A stretch of DNA of 64,000 nucleotides from Bigelowiella natans CCMP2755 (GCA_000320545.1 ADNK01001953.1:62001-126000); one strand, 5' to 3'; counted from the first letter of the stretch, positions 38,401 through 51,269 are shown. Made by a program: numbers and translations. Notes: generated from the sequence alone by a model not told the origin.

Positions 38401-39992
38401 GTGATGGGAACTCAATTCAATGTTCAATGTCCATGAAGTTCCTCGCACTTGGAGTAGTTGCTTTGCGTCGACGCCACATTGTTGCCATTTGTGCTGTTGC
38501 ACAATGGCCAGAATGCCATTCTTGAATTCCTTCCGGTTTCAATGGTTGGATGCACCACCTCACTGAAGTTGGTTCGAGGCACTGGCTAGCTGGGTTTCGC
38601 ACACTGCAAACGTCTTGCAACACTTTGGAAGTGCAGTGTGTCATCATTGTTCATTCTTCATTGTTCATTGTTCCAATGTTCTCTTCTTCCATGCGCAAAC
38701 AACTCTTCTTTCTCCTTCATTTGGCATTCGTTGTGTCCATTGTCGTTTGGCATTCACACACACCCAATGATGCTTTCAGTCACGCGCCATCTTTGGAGTT
38801 CTGAATTGGAATCAATTCACGTTCACAACACTGGAACAGTTCAAAGGCACACACACCCTTCATTGTTTTTCTTCTTGTTGTTGGTCAGCTCTGGAGCTGC
38901 ACCATTGAAACAGCTTTGTCTTCACGCATTCGTCTGTTCACTCATCATCCGCTCAGTGGGCTGCCACCAGAACCCGCGACTGTTTTTCAGCACCATTGGA
39001 ATTGTGTTCATTCTCTCCCAGCTTTCTTCTAGGAAATGCTACCAATTGTATCATTGCAGAAAGAGGCAGAACTGAACACTTGTTGCACAACTGCATCAAA
39101 CGTGCAACGAATGGCATGAATTTTTGATTGAGAGACATTGAGTGCACATTTATACATTTGCGCGTTCATGTGCGCCCAGGTGCATGCTTTTTGCGTGCGT
39201 GTGCTGAAACTTCGCACGTCCATGAAGCCAGTGTGCACACACCCTCATGAGCTTGCAAAACTTGTGGCACGCAAATGCAAATGCGCTAGCGTGTTCAAAA
39301 GTGGTGAGAATTTTTCAATTTTCGCCCGCTGGCAGGCGTTGAAAAATGAGGTTTTCAAGCTGAAATTCGAAAAAAATTCAAATTTTGACCTCAAACAGGC
39401 TCCAGTGTGCTTCCAATGTCCAATTGCAACGATTGAGCGCGCCAGGCCGCACGCGCAAAGCACAGTTTGTTCAAAACCCACTCGTCACCGGGATTGACAC
39501 AGTTGTGTGAGTCAGGTGGTCCTTTTTGAAAAATCTCAATGCAGCAAGCAACCCACACAATGTGCCATGGCTGCTAAGTCGTCTGTGGCTGGCATTGGCT
39601 GTGATGCTGTGATGTGACCACTTGCGTCGAGCTCACACGCTCAAGCATTGGGCAGTGTCTGGATGATCTGGAGTGCGTGTGTGCATGCGTGTGCCCTGCT
39701 CCAGTGCTGGCCTGCATCCGTGTAGCTCGCCATCACTGCGTGCAAATGTGATGTGCAGACAACAGATCATGCAGATGTGCATCATCGAAGAAATCCCTAC
39801 CATGACAGAGACACATGCATGGATGGAAATAACTGAGCGATGCATGCAGCAAGAAATGCATGTGTCATGTGCACTGTCCAGCCTGCTAGCTGTGCGATGG
39901 CTTGTGCGCGTGTTGGCAGTGCAGTGTGTGTGTGTGTGTGCGTGTGTGTGTGTGTGTGTGTGCATGTGCATGTGCACGTGTGTGAGAGAGAG

Positions 39993-40020
<28 letters not shown>
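38401..40020. other. TpA-depleted, TG/CA-rich intergenic island (possible degenerate mobile DNA)
   Basis: Hand count about 13 TpA in 1620 bp, 9 of them in CTA and/or TAG context. CpG remains frequent. ORFs here almost lack Tyr. Confidence 0.9.
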
Positions 40021-40032
<12 letters not shown>

Positions 40033-40394
40033 GTAGAGAGTACACACAACAATCGACGCAACGTGTAGTCACATGTAGCAGTTACGTGTATAAATGCATC
40101 GGATCACATGTCTATTGGAGTAAGCTAGTAAGTGATGATATCAACAACTTTTCCTTTAGAAACGGCTGTATACATTATGGCTTGCGATGCCGCGCGACAC
40201 CTGTGTCTTTGTGTATTTAGGCAGATGATAACATGCACATCCGAAATTTAAGTTTACATACGCGCATGATAAATGAAAATATGTGTGCATCCAACTGTGC
40301 TTAGAGTGTAAATCCAACTGTGTGTTTAGAATATATTTAATAATGACGTCGACACCGTTTCAGTAAGGCCGAAACTACCATGCAGAGATTCGCT

Positions 40395-42531
40395 TCAAGC
40401 TTTGTATCCATCGCCGCTCCCAAATATAAATTGTCTATCTACAGCATCATAGCGAGCATCTGATGCAATACAATGCTTTGCTTCCCTTTCGATTTCTTCC
40501 TTATTTAGGTTCTTACCTATGAATACGAAGCGACACGTTCGTTTTTCTCCAGGCTTCCAATCTTCGGTAGGTTCGCCCCCGAAAAGCATATGTACCGCCT
40601 GAAATCGACAAATATTCATTTCATGAATAGATACTCAAAGGTAAATGTACATAAAACACATGCATTCACATCCTTTTCTCTGTATGTATTTGAAGTCAAT
40701 TAGTAGATACGCGTACAAAATAAAATTGATTGGTCGTCACCTGAAAAACAAACTTTTTGTGCATGCCTAGAATAGCTACAACGCCTTTGCTGCGGTACAG
40801 ATCAACTCCTTTGTCTCTCATCATTTTCGTGATGAAAGCTTCAAACCTGATTTCCAAAGGTAGAATTTTACAAAATGTTCTAATTATCCCAAAAAAGTGG
40901 GGTTACTACCGGCGTCCATTTAGCTCGCCCTCGAAGGAGATTCCGACCGAAGACACAGAGCTATCGTGCTCATGCTCCTGATCGAAGTTGAAGAACTCCT
41001 CATCGTTAGCCATAACACGGTCAAGAGAGAATCCACCGATGTTAATGATCTCCCTCAGATCGACGCGAGAGTACTTTGTCTCAATCATCTTTGCTTGTGA
41101 GTTAAACGAACGAATCTTGCTCTTCACCTCTTCGAGGCGCTTTTTGTCCACAAGATCTGTCTTATTAAGCAGCAACACGTCTGCGAAGGCTACTTGCTCA
41201 ACTGCTTCATTCTCGCCTTTCTTTTCCTCGTCCAGGCGTTCAATGATCCATTTACAGTCAACAACAGTGACGATTCCATCAATACGAAATGTATTTGCAA
41301 CGTTGTCGTCAGCAAAGAACGTTTGTGCAACGGGCGCAGGATCCGCCATACCCGTGGTCTCAATTATGACACCATCTAGCTCCTTGCCCCCTTTAATCAT
41401 CTTTGCAATTCGATTCAGAGTCTTCACCAAGTCGCCACGTACCGTACAGCATATGCACCCGTTGTTCATTTCAACAACATCCTCATCTTCCTTAAATTTG
41501 CTCCGCACAAGCTGGTCGTCAACGCCAACACTTCCATACTCGTTTTCAATCACAGCATATTTTCGCTCCTAAAGGTTTAAGATATCGGCATTACATGAGT
41601 GAAAGGAGTAAATTGTGGCAATTATAATAAGAATCAAAAGATTTGTGGAACACGGATAGCCATATGAGTTTAGAGTGAGAGGGAAAAGTAAAATTGATGA
41701 GAATTCAAGAACCTTTTGCTCCGATAAGATGTAATTCAGCAAAGTCGTCTTTCCGGAACCTAAAAATCCTGTGAGAACAGTGACGGGCAACTTTGAGGCT
41801 TCGAATTTCCTCCTTGCTTCCTCACGCTGCGCGGAGTTCTTCGCATAGTCATCCGCGAATTTTTTAAGATACTGTAACACCATGTTGTCTGGGCAAAGAT
41901 TGCTAGCTTTATCAGCATCAGCAGCAGCCGCTTTCGGAGCCATGAAACCAACAAGTGCCAAAGAACGCAGGGCCAGATTTTGAGCTACAAGGACCTTTTT
42001 CACATTATTATCCTCCATATTTGTTCTATCTAAAAGAACAAGAGCTCGCCCTGCATCAGCTGCTGCAGCACCGTTGCGGTTTGTTGCAAGTTCTTTCATC
42101 GATTTCGCAGTGAACAAGCTCCATGCATCATTTTTTAGCTTCTTCATCGCTTCTACTGCGGCCTTCTGATCCGTCTCATCAATTACCCACCCCATTTTGG
42201 TCAGCTTTTTCAATATCTCCTCCTCCCGCAATATCGAAGAATCTTTGATTTCAGGGTGTTTGAAGCCAAGGATCATATTTTTAATTCGCTGTACGGGGTC
42301 TTCAAAGCTGGATATCTTTGACTGATCCTCGAAAGAGGCACTTTTGAAGCAAAATGCATCCGAATCTTCGGGGACATCGACGTATTCCCCTGAGTCCAGC
42401 TGGACTTGGTATGCCATTGGGTCGGGCGCATTAAAATCGCGTTTGATGATCTTGCCGGATTTCCAACCTTCTTCGGTGTTGCACATCACCGTATCTCCCT
42501 CTAAATAGCGATACTTGCGCTTGCGTGACAT
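40395..42531 (-). CDS. cobW: COG0523/CobW-family (ZNG1/CBWD-like) G3E GTPase metallochaperone, 4 exons (42531-41713, 41568-40910, 40846-40741, 40598-40395)
   Basis: Walker A LPVTVLTGFLGSGKTT, AVIENEYG, metal-binding GCICC, Walker B VIIETTG, G4 LNKTD, CobW_C LYRSKGVV...FVFQ|AVH...FVFIGKNL. The three GT-AG introns are phase-compatible. Confidence 0.95.
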
Positions 42532-42722
42532 GATTTAGAGCTTCGGACACTCGAAGTGACGAGACGGAGATGGTGACGGAGGAGGTAACCTAGTGCGATT
42601 GCGAAGTGCGAATTGCGATGTTGGTCCAGTTTGGACGAGTTTTAAATTGTTTGTTTCCTAGATCTAAACGTTGTCGCATATTGATGATGGATGTGTTTTC
42701 ACTTTGTACCATCTTGGCATCA

Positions 42723-42750
42723 TTAGTTAGTTAGTTAGTTAGTTAGTTAG
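42723..42750. repeat. (TTAG)7 tract abutting the MITE left end
   Basis: Read directly; the last unit equals the TTA target site plus the first G of the TIR. Confidence 0.9.
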
Positions 42751-43223
42751 ACCCGTTCCACGCAAATACAAACTGACCAACCGACCAACCAATCTGCGTT
42801 GGTTTTTTTTTGGTGATTTTGGATGTTGATTTTCATGGATTTTTGCTCGTTCCACGCAAATACAAAACTGACTGACCAACCAATCTGACCAACAAAAATT
42901 TTGCTTTGTTTTGCCATACAATTTTTGACTTTCTCATTTTTGCACATGTTGTTCGGTTTGACATCAGCATGATGTGCGTGAGATGACATAACGAGAAAAA
43001 TCATGTTGTTTTTGGATTTTTTCTTATTTTGCACCAGACAACAACATGACAACACTGGTCAGTTCCGACTGGTCGGTTTGAAGTTGTAAAACTGGTCACT
43101 TTTCAAACTTTGGTTGGTCAGTCTTCATAAAAAGGCGCTTCGAAAATAAAATAAATTAAATTAGGTGATATCGAAGGTGGTTGGTCAGTTGGTTGGTCAG
43201 TTTGTATTTGCGTGGAACGGGTC
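42750..43223. mobile_element. 474-bp MITE, PIF/Harbinger (Tourist-like)
   Basis: 33-bp perfect TIRs (gacccgttccacgcaaatacaaactgaccaacc and its reverse complement ending 43223), TTA direct repeats at 42747-42749 and 43224-43226, an internal TIR copy near 42848-42881, repeated TGACCAACC motifs, no coding capacity. Confidence 0.9.
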
Positions 43224-43636
43224 TTAATCTTTTCGCGCCCTTGACTTCCATTAGAGCATCCTGAATCTCCTAGGAATGAGATGAGATAGTAGGACATGCA
43301 CGTCAGAAAATTCCTCACATGAACAATTCCTGGAACACATCCAACAACTAGCCGTCGACCATTTTAGCATTTTCACTGATATGTTTTCGACGCATAGTAA
43401 AAACCCCCTCCATTTTACAGATTTCCTACTTTACTTCCAACAGAAAAGGAATCAAGATGATGATGATGACGGATTAGAAAGAAACTCGTCTCCTCATCCC
43501 TGCTTCTTTCCACTCGGCAGATAAGATGTCGGTGGAATACAAGGTCCTCGCCACATTCTCGTGCAAATGTTAAATACATCTTAGTACAATATTCGCTGGC
43601 AGCTCGTAAACTCCGGGAATCAGGATTCGGTCTTCC

Positions 43637-45552
43637 ATGGTTCTGCGCTCTACAAGTGAGACGGACGCGCTCGCGCAACAAACCGATGGATCTTATTCAT
43701 AATTACGGTATTAATTTAGGCCCAAAATGAAGCTTGAAGTTTTATCCTCTCGAGGAGTACGAGTGGTGCTAGTAATAACTTACATGGCGGCCATCACCGG
43801 GGTTGTCATCACTGCAGTGCCAACTGGCGTAGATAGGTTTGTTTTCGTTAGGGAATAAAAAGGGATTGAAAGTAACTTTAGCGACCACCGCCTTATAATT
43901 TAGCGCCATCGATCGGTTTCTGCTGGTTCCTTCCTTGGCCATTGGGTACACCTTTATGGTTTACCTCTTCCTGCGGTAGTCAACATCATCATCATGCAAC
44001 GTACTGGAATGGAATGGATCAGTAGTTAACTAGTTCTTCTTCTCTCCTCTCTTAGATATTGCATGTGGGAATGTCTTGGCTTGGTACTTCGGGAACAAGT
44101 TTGGACGTTTTTAACACTTTGTGTTTGCGCAGTTTGCGCACTGGAGGTAAAATATCATTGTTTACTGCCAACACAAGGACTGTAGTCGTTGAAAGCCAGC
44201 ATTATCGTCGTGCCTATCTTCGTTGGTGTTCAAACCATATCGGCGAGTAGTATGCTGTTTAAAATCGCCATCAGTGTCTATGTTACTGAATAAATTTCGA
44301 TGCTGAAACGCACCACACTATTTCTTCAAAGGTGGCAGTTCATACATTCCAAGAGGTGCCAGCAGCCGGTGTCACAGCTGCACGGTAATACTACAATAAA
44401 GTCGACGATGATAACGTCAAAGATGAGGACAACAACAATGATGATTTAGATGAAAAGGGAAAAGGTGTATAATCTAATTAATTATACAACAGAGTTGCGT
44501 TACAGAACGTGCAGAAGCTGCTATGGCTTATGATGATGGTAGATACATTTTATAGGAGAGGAGAAGAGTATATTATATTTAATCATGGTATTTTCTATGT
44601 AATATGTAATGGAAATTAAAGAAGGAGAAAACCAGAGTATATACTAGTAGTTGTCCGGTAAACTACTCTGTTTAATGTGTTCATAGGATTCTTTTGGGAG
44701 GAAACGCGTCGTCATATGCTCCCGCTTTTATAGATGGTGATATTCAGTTTAAAAACGAACAAAGAGAGATTGTTGTTCACATATCTAATCTTTCTCATTG
44801 CTTTTTCTAATAGGAAAGTACTGTTTGTTACCTGCAACGTCGTCGCTGAGGTATGCAACATCCCGTCCTCATTGATTGATATGATTTTTAAGTCCGCGGT
44901 TTTATTGTCAGACTTTCGCCGATGATTAATGAATACACAGTGTTACTGCTGCTGCTGCTGCTGCTGTAGTTGTTGATCATTGTGCGCATGTGTATACGTA
45001 GTAGTCTAATATCTCTATACTACCTTATGGTTGGATGATGATGGTGGTGATGATGATTATTTCCAATAATTATATTCTTCTTCTCTACCTCTTCTGACTA
45101 CTACTACTGCTGCTGCTATTAGGCAGTTACACAGAGTCTGTGCAGCAAGTATTCACCAGAAGACATGGCAGTCACGTGGTATTATATACTACTACTAATA
45201 CTACTACTTCTACTACATATATTGGTTGTGTTATAAATGATAGATGCTGGCGATGATAAAGACTCGTCGTCGTCTTTGACAATTTATGTATATTTATCGA
45301 TAGCATTTTCCTGATCAGGGGTTTTGATGGTGTGTTCGTGATTTGGCTACTGAGTTTGATGAGGAGGAGCAAAGCCTATCTTTCTCAGCAACCCTACTTA
45401 CACACTCGCACAAGACAGTTAGGATTTCGTTTCTTTTGCTTTCAAACCATCGTCGTCATCGTTTCAATAATAACATGCGCAATCATTAATGCAGCTACGC
45501 ACAGGTATCATCATCATCATCATCATCATCGTCATCGTCATCCTGAACATTC

Positions 45553-45586
<34 letters not shown>

Positions 45587-46272
45587 AAGAAGAAGAAGAA
45601 GTTAAAACATGATAGCAAAAAGGATGATGGAGAGATGAGACATGTCTTAGCTTTCTCAGTTTTTTTTTTCCTACCATCCTCTCCCTCCTGTCCTCATTCT
45701 CCTCCTCCTCCTCCTCCTCCTCCTCCTCCTCCTCCTCATCGTTTCATCTGATGAAAGTATTGCTGCTCAATCACCAATATCTTCATGTTGTCGGCCCTTT
45801 ACTTACTTAGTTACTTACTTACTTACTACAGGAGCAATCTGACTGGAGTACTGTTGATCCAGCACATCTACATGTGTGTCATTGGTTATATCCATCTTCC
45901 CATCACACGACAAGAAGCACACGTAGAGACAACGACGATTCAATCCCACCTCAATAAGGGCCATTGTTCCTTCTACGCGGCAAAGATGTGCCTCCAAGCT
46001 TCCTATGAGGTAGGTAGGTTTGTAGTGGCAGGTTGGAGGTGGTGGTGCTGGTGGTGGTGGTGAAGGGGAAGGAGGGGAAGGAGAAAAGGTATTTACATTA
46101 TGTCACTCCTGACGAGTAGTAGAAGTAGTAGCAGTAGTAGTAGTAATAGTAGTAGTAATAGTATGTTTATCATCATCGTGCCTGCAGATATAGCGTCATT
46201 CAACACCACAATCATCCGGAAAAATCGGTCTTTAGAATCATGACAACTGCTATAGTCATCATCATCACCATC

Positions 46273-46305
<33 letters not shown>

Positions 46306-46806
46306 TATCAGGTCTACCAAGAAAGTCCTTACAACAGCCCTGATAGCGCTATATCAGAGCAATGGATCAAAGTAAGTAGTGTATGCATGTAATACCTATC
46401 CACTGCGTGTTAACACCGCGTAGTACCTTAATAATCGTTGTATACCCTGATGTTATCCACCACTATATATCACTTATCTATGTATCTTATTATCATCAGT
46501 GTGGAGGCTGGGCTGCGCCAAGGAACATGGAGGTGGTAAACACGTTTCGATATCAAGCCGTAGGTAAGCAACCCACTCTATCCATCATTGCCGACATAAA
46601 ATACTATTATTATAGCATAAAGAAGATGATGATAGTGGTGGTGGTGATGATGATTGATGTACTATGATGGCGACGGTAGGAATGCAAGTGGTGATCGTTA
46701 GCATCTCTGCCCCTTCGATGACAATTGTAGCCTTCAGAGGAACTGACAACTGGAAAAATGTATGTGTGTAGCACCCATACAACAACAATAACAACAACTT
46801 GCTTTC

Positions 46807-46849
<43 letters not shown>

Positions 46850-46871
46850 GCAAATATTAATTGTGTATACA

Positions 46872-46945
<74 letters not shown>

Positions 46946-47365
46946 AAATATATAATATATAACATATAAAATGTAGGTTGTGACGGATCTCGCTACATGG
47001 AGGATAGCTCCGTCTCGATTTGGACCCGTACTACGACTGATGATTTATCATTAATCACAAACATTACACAATAATATTGATATTGGCTTGATGATGATGG
47101 TGAGGAGGAGGAGGAGGAGGAGGAGGAGGAGGATCATCATGATATATCTTCTCTTCTTCTTCTTCTTCTTCTTCTTCTTCTTCGTCTTCTTTGTCGTCTT
47201 CTTCTATTGAGCATATTTTTCATGCAGTTGCGTGTATACTTTGAATCAATTGATCAAAGCCACATCGTGCTGATTTTGTTGGTTTACAGTCGATACAGAT
47301 ATTTGTGTATTTGTGTGTGTGTTCCTAGTACACATTATTCCACATATAAATGGATGATGACAGCG

Positions 47366-47400
<35 letters not shown>

Positions 47401-47737
47401 CACGATTGTTATTGTCAGGGAAGCCGACCTGACTGTTTAAGCGATGCTAATGTAAAGGTTCATAAGGGATTTTGGTATTACCAATACAAACATAGATTAA
47501 GACAACGACTTATTTATTATTGGCAACTTAAAGAAAGAATAAGAGAGTAGCAGCTTCATTCATATATTTTTCTTGTTATAAATCGTTGTTGGTACTTGCT
47601 CCTTTTATGATTCCTAAAATGACGACGATGACGACCAGGTCTGCATACCAGTCTATGCGGCGGGATTTGTTAGAGCAACTAAGAGCCATATATAGGTACT
47701 ATTACTATTAGCACGTATCTCAGCTTTTAGTAGTTGT

Positions 47738-47769
<32 letters not shown>

Positions 47770-48007
47770 CCACGTTTATCACTGATTTGCTTTCCATGAT
47801 ATAGTAGTAGTAGTAGTAGTATTAGTAGTAGTAGTACACCCCTAGTTCAGTCTTATCTCCTCTTCTTCTTCTAACTTTATTGGTAACAACAGGCCTGACA
47901 ACAAGGCCATAACTAATCTTCACAATCCTGAGACTTCGGAAGCCTGTGACGCCCCCATTGTCTTCACCGGTGTGTATGATGCGTTTTTCTGGTTTGTATA
48001 CTACTTT

Positions 48008-48040
<33 letters not shown>

Positions 48041-48432
48041 AATGCACTACCTGGTGAGATTGAGTGGTAGGTAGGTAGGTAGATAGGAAGGTATGATCCC
48101 CCTATTTATCATCACGTTTGAACGACGAAGACGTGTTATTTTCACGCCAATAATCCACAAGTACGATAAAGAACATAGTCGGGTGCTGTTCTACCAGAAA
48201 AATTATCACCATCATCACAAGCAGCAGCAGCAGCAACAGCATGACAACTATGATGATGATGATGATCATGATGATGATGATGATCATCATTCAGGGCACT
48301 CGCTGGGTGGAGCTCTAGCCACCTTAGCTGCTTTAGATAATGCAACACTTGTGAGGCCACTGCACCATCTCACCGCCTTGTTCACGTTTGGGTGGGTAGT
48401 ACTAAAAAGAGGAAGAGGATTAGAACGAGAAG

Positions 48433-48476
<44 letters not shown>

Positions 48477-49326
48477 CACAATTTTAAGCTACTAAGAAAG
48501 AGCAACATTAGTTGAAATAATTGGGCATGTTCTCATATTACTTCTCGAACATGATGAAGATACATGCGTGTTTGTTAATGACAATATTGCTTATTCACGA
48601 CAGATCTCCTAGAGTTGGATCATACGCTTTCGCAAGTTTATTTGACAGAAAAGTGCCGGAGGCCATGCGGCTGGTGTTTGAGAGAGATATGGTTACAAAT
48701 CAACCCAAGTTTTGTTGCGCTTATAAACACGTTGGCAGAGAGGTGCTAAACGATTATAGATCTAGGGATGATACAACTAAAATTAATATTCTATCGAATA
48801 ATTTTTCGCTTGTACGAATTCCTCATCTTCCTTCATGAATTTTTTGTGGATCTTTGTTTGTGCTGCATATGTCTGCATGTGTGTGTCTTGAGAGGGGGGG
48901 GAGAGAGAGAATTTCTTCCTGAAACAAAATTGGATACAAAGAAGATAAGTTGAATAGTAAAACAGGATTTTAAGCCAAATTGGATACAGCGAAGATAAGT
49001 TGAATATTAAAACAGGATTTTTTGGTGTTGTTCTTCTTCTTTAACCAATACATAAAATAAGATTCTCGTCGATGAACGGGGAAACTGTATCGCTAACCCT
49101 ACGTTTGTGGAGAAGGTAATAGTAATGGAGGAGCAGATTCACTTTTGTGATGGCGGGAAAATATTATCCACTTATTCCAGAATGTATTTATAAATAATCC
49201 CTATTCTAGGCATTTTCCAACTCGAAGACTCGTATTAGCGATCATTCGATGTTTGCGTATCTACGTGGTATGAAAGCGTGCGAAATATCAGGCATAGATC
49301 ACGGGGATGGTGACTACGAACGATAA
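43637..49326 (+). CDS. Class 3 lipase with N-terminal multi-pass membrane region (start tentative)
   Basis: Exons: TIVAFRGTDNWKN|VVTDL, VKVHKGFW|SAYQSMR, IVFT|GHSLGGALATLAA (nucleophile Ser), FTFG|SPRVGS, RLVFERDMV (Asp), YKHVGRE, SDHSMFAYL (His). Stop TAA at 49324-49326. Hydrophobic exons at 43900-45900. Confidence 0.9.
48927..49020. repeat. About 50-bp imperfect tandem duplication in a lipase intron
   Basis: aaattggataca..gaagataagttgaata.taaaacaggattt twice, 3 mismatches. Confidence 0.85.
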
Positions 49327-50007
49327 AGGGTCTGCTTTGCGTCATAGATGGCACTTAGAATAGGTAGATGACATTAATAACACTGTTATCGTCCTTTTAG
49401 AAGAACAATAAGAAGCTTTTTTGCTCATATGTAGTAAATCAATTTACTTCATACAAGCTCGCATGAGCGTATAAATGTGTTATGAGCGTGCATGCACATG
49501 CGCCCGTGACCGCACTGCGCACTGAGCGCACCGTGATGGTTGGATTCATGTTTTTCATGCGCACGCTAGAACAAGCGAGCAAGCAAAGCTTCAATTATTC
49601 TTTACTATTAGATTTTATGCATACGTACATCGTATACGTCTAGAATAAATGCTGTTTGTCACAGAAGAAAGATTCCAAACGCTACGCTATGGAAGTATGT
49701 GTAGATAGTTAGGGGCTAATGATAGACATGTAATAGTGACTTGCAGCCTGCTGGTTTACGCTTAGATCCAGGAAATGCATGCTCGCGAGCTCCCCTTCGC
49801 CTCTCCGCCGCACAATAAGCGCAGCTATAAACTATACTCGATCGTTCGCATCGATTATATCCATTTGAGCGTTTGTTCATGCGCTTAAATATTCTTTATT
49901 CTTTTCAAACTATGTTCAGATAATAAATTCTCATGATTTGTATAGTGAAATGAAAATGAGTCACCAAGCCGTTTCGTCGTTAAGCTGAATTCATCTCGTG
50001 CAGCACT

Positions 50008-50631
50008 CTAGCGGTAGAGATGATCTGCTGCAATATTAGCTGCAATCTCTGGTTCCCATCGATCTCCATTTGCAAGAAGCTTATCTTTATCATACAGAAG
50101 CTCTTCATGAGTTTCAGTTGCGTACTCGTAGTTTGGCCCTTCCACAATTGCATCGACGGGGCATGCTTCTTGACAGAATCCACAGAAAATGCATTTTGTC
50201 ATGTCAATATCATAACGAGTAGTTCTTCTGCTTCCGTCAGCGCGAGCTTCTGCTTCAATAGTGATGGCCTGAGCGGGACAAATGGCTTCGCAGAGCTTGC
50301 ACGCAATGCATCTTTCCTCTCCACTTGGATATCGTCGAAGTGCATGCTCTCCACGGAAACGAGGGCTAAGTGGTCCTCTCTCAAAGGGATAGTTAATTGT
50401 AACTTTAGGCTTGAAGTGGTTTTCCACGGCAAGTTGGGCAGCGCGCAATATTTCTGTCATGAAAAGCTGCTGAGAGGTGTGATCTATAATCTCCATAAGC
50501 CCCTGATCTGCTCCATCATGCACGTTTTCGGGCTTAAACTTTTTCTCTGGAACAGCAACCGAAAAAGACCTCTTTGCAATCCTTTGAGTCTGCTTAAGGG
50601 CGTGTTTTAGAAGGGAGGGGGATAGAATCAT
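50008..50631 (-). CDS. NDUFS8: NADH:ubiquinone oxidoreductase TYKY/23-kDa Fe-S subunit (NuoI homolog), intronless CDS
   Basis: [42 protein letters not shown] and [23 protein letters not shown] (two 4Fe-4S motifs); basic N-terminal mitochondrial-type presequence. Confidence 0.98.
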   Translation of the reverse strand: MILSPSLLKHALKQTQRIAKRSFSVAVPEKKFKPENVHDGADQGLMEIIDHTSQQLFMTEILRAAQLAVENHFKPKVTINYPFERGPLSPRFRGEHALRRYPSGEERCIACKLCEAICPAQAITIEAEARADGSRRTTRYDIDMTKCIFCGFCQEACPVDAIVEGPNYEYATETHEELLYDKDKLLANGDRWEPEIAANIAADHLYR

Positions 50632-51193
50632 TGTCCCAACAAAAGCACTTTCTTTCAGACAGGGGTCAGTCCAGTACTGTCTCCCAAGTAAGAGCTAACA
50701 TGCAATGCCGCAGCTGTTTGTATCCGGTCAAATGTCTTGGTTTTTCATATTCGGTTTAAATACAGTGTGTCGTTTTCCCAAAATGTGTCATTTACATCAA
50801 ATAAAAAATATCGCAAACCTACTTTGTGATCTGAAACTGTACGTGCCACAATCTCATTTCCACCTGAAATATCCTACACTTCATCACTGCGTCATCAAAA
50901 TTGCTCGGTCTATTTTTAAAAGTAATACAGGAGAATTTACTCCGATTGCCGATGAATACGTTGTCGTAGTCGTCTGGATCTGAGACTCTCAATCAATCCT
51001 CCGACACAAGCAGATGCCTTTGGGCTAAAACCAAGTCTAATACGAAGAAACAATATAAAAAAATGACAAGAAATGATCATAATGGGTAAAAAAAGTGTTG
51101 TAGTTGTTGTTGTTGTTGTTTTGCATTAATAATTGAGTAGATCTATGAAGTCTGATGAGCATTTTATCGTTACAGTAGTAGTCTGGTCAAGAA

Positions 51194-51231
<38 letters not shown>

Positions 51232-51269
51232 CCAACAACAAAATCTAGATCTACTACCACTGGGGGGGA

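Noticed and set aside
38417-39497. Cys/His-rich ORFs as real genes (also 60407-61751)
   Set aside because: They stay open because TAA/TAG are absent. No splice pattern or domain was recognised, and no transposase or RT motif could be identified by eye.
38401-40020. 5mC (CpG) deamination or classical RIP as the cause of TG/CA excess
   Set aside because: CpG is retained and TpA is lost. CpG decay would not remove TpA, and RIP would increase it.
40988-41572. 194-aa + strand ORF (and the 196-aa ORF at 50020-50610)
   Set aside because: Antisense shadows of cobW and NDUFS8.
42723-42750. Telomeric repeat
   Set aside because: The unit is TTAG, only 7 copies, internal and tied to a MITE junction.
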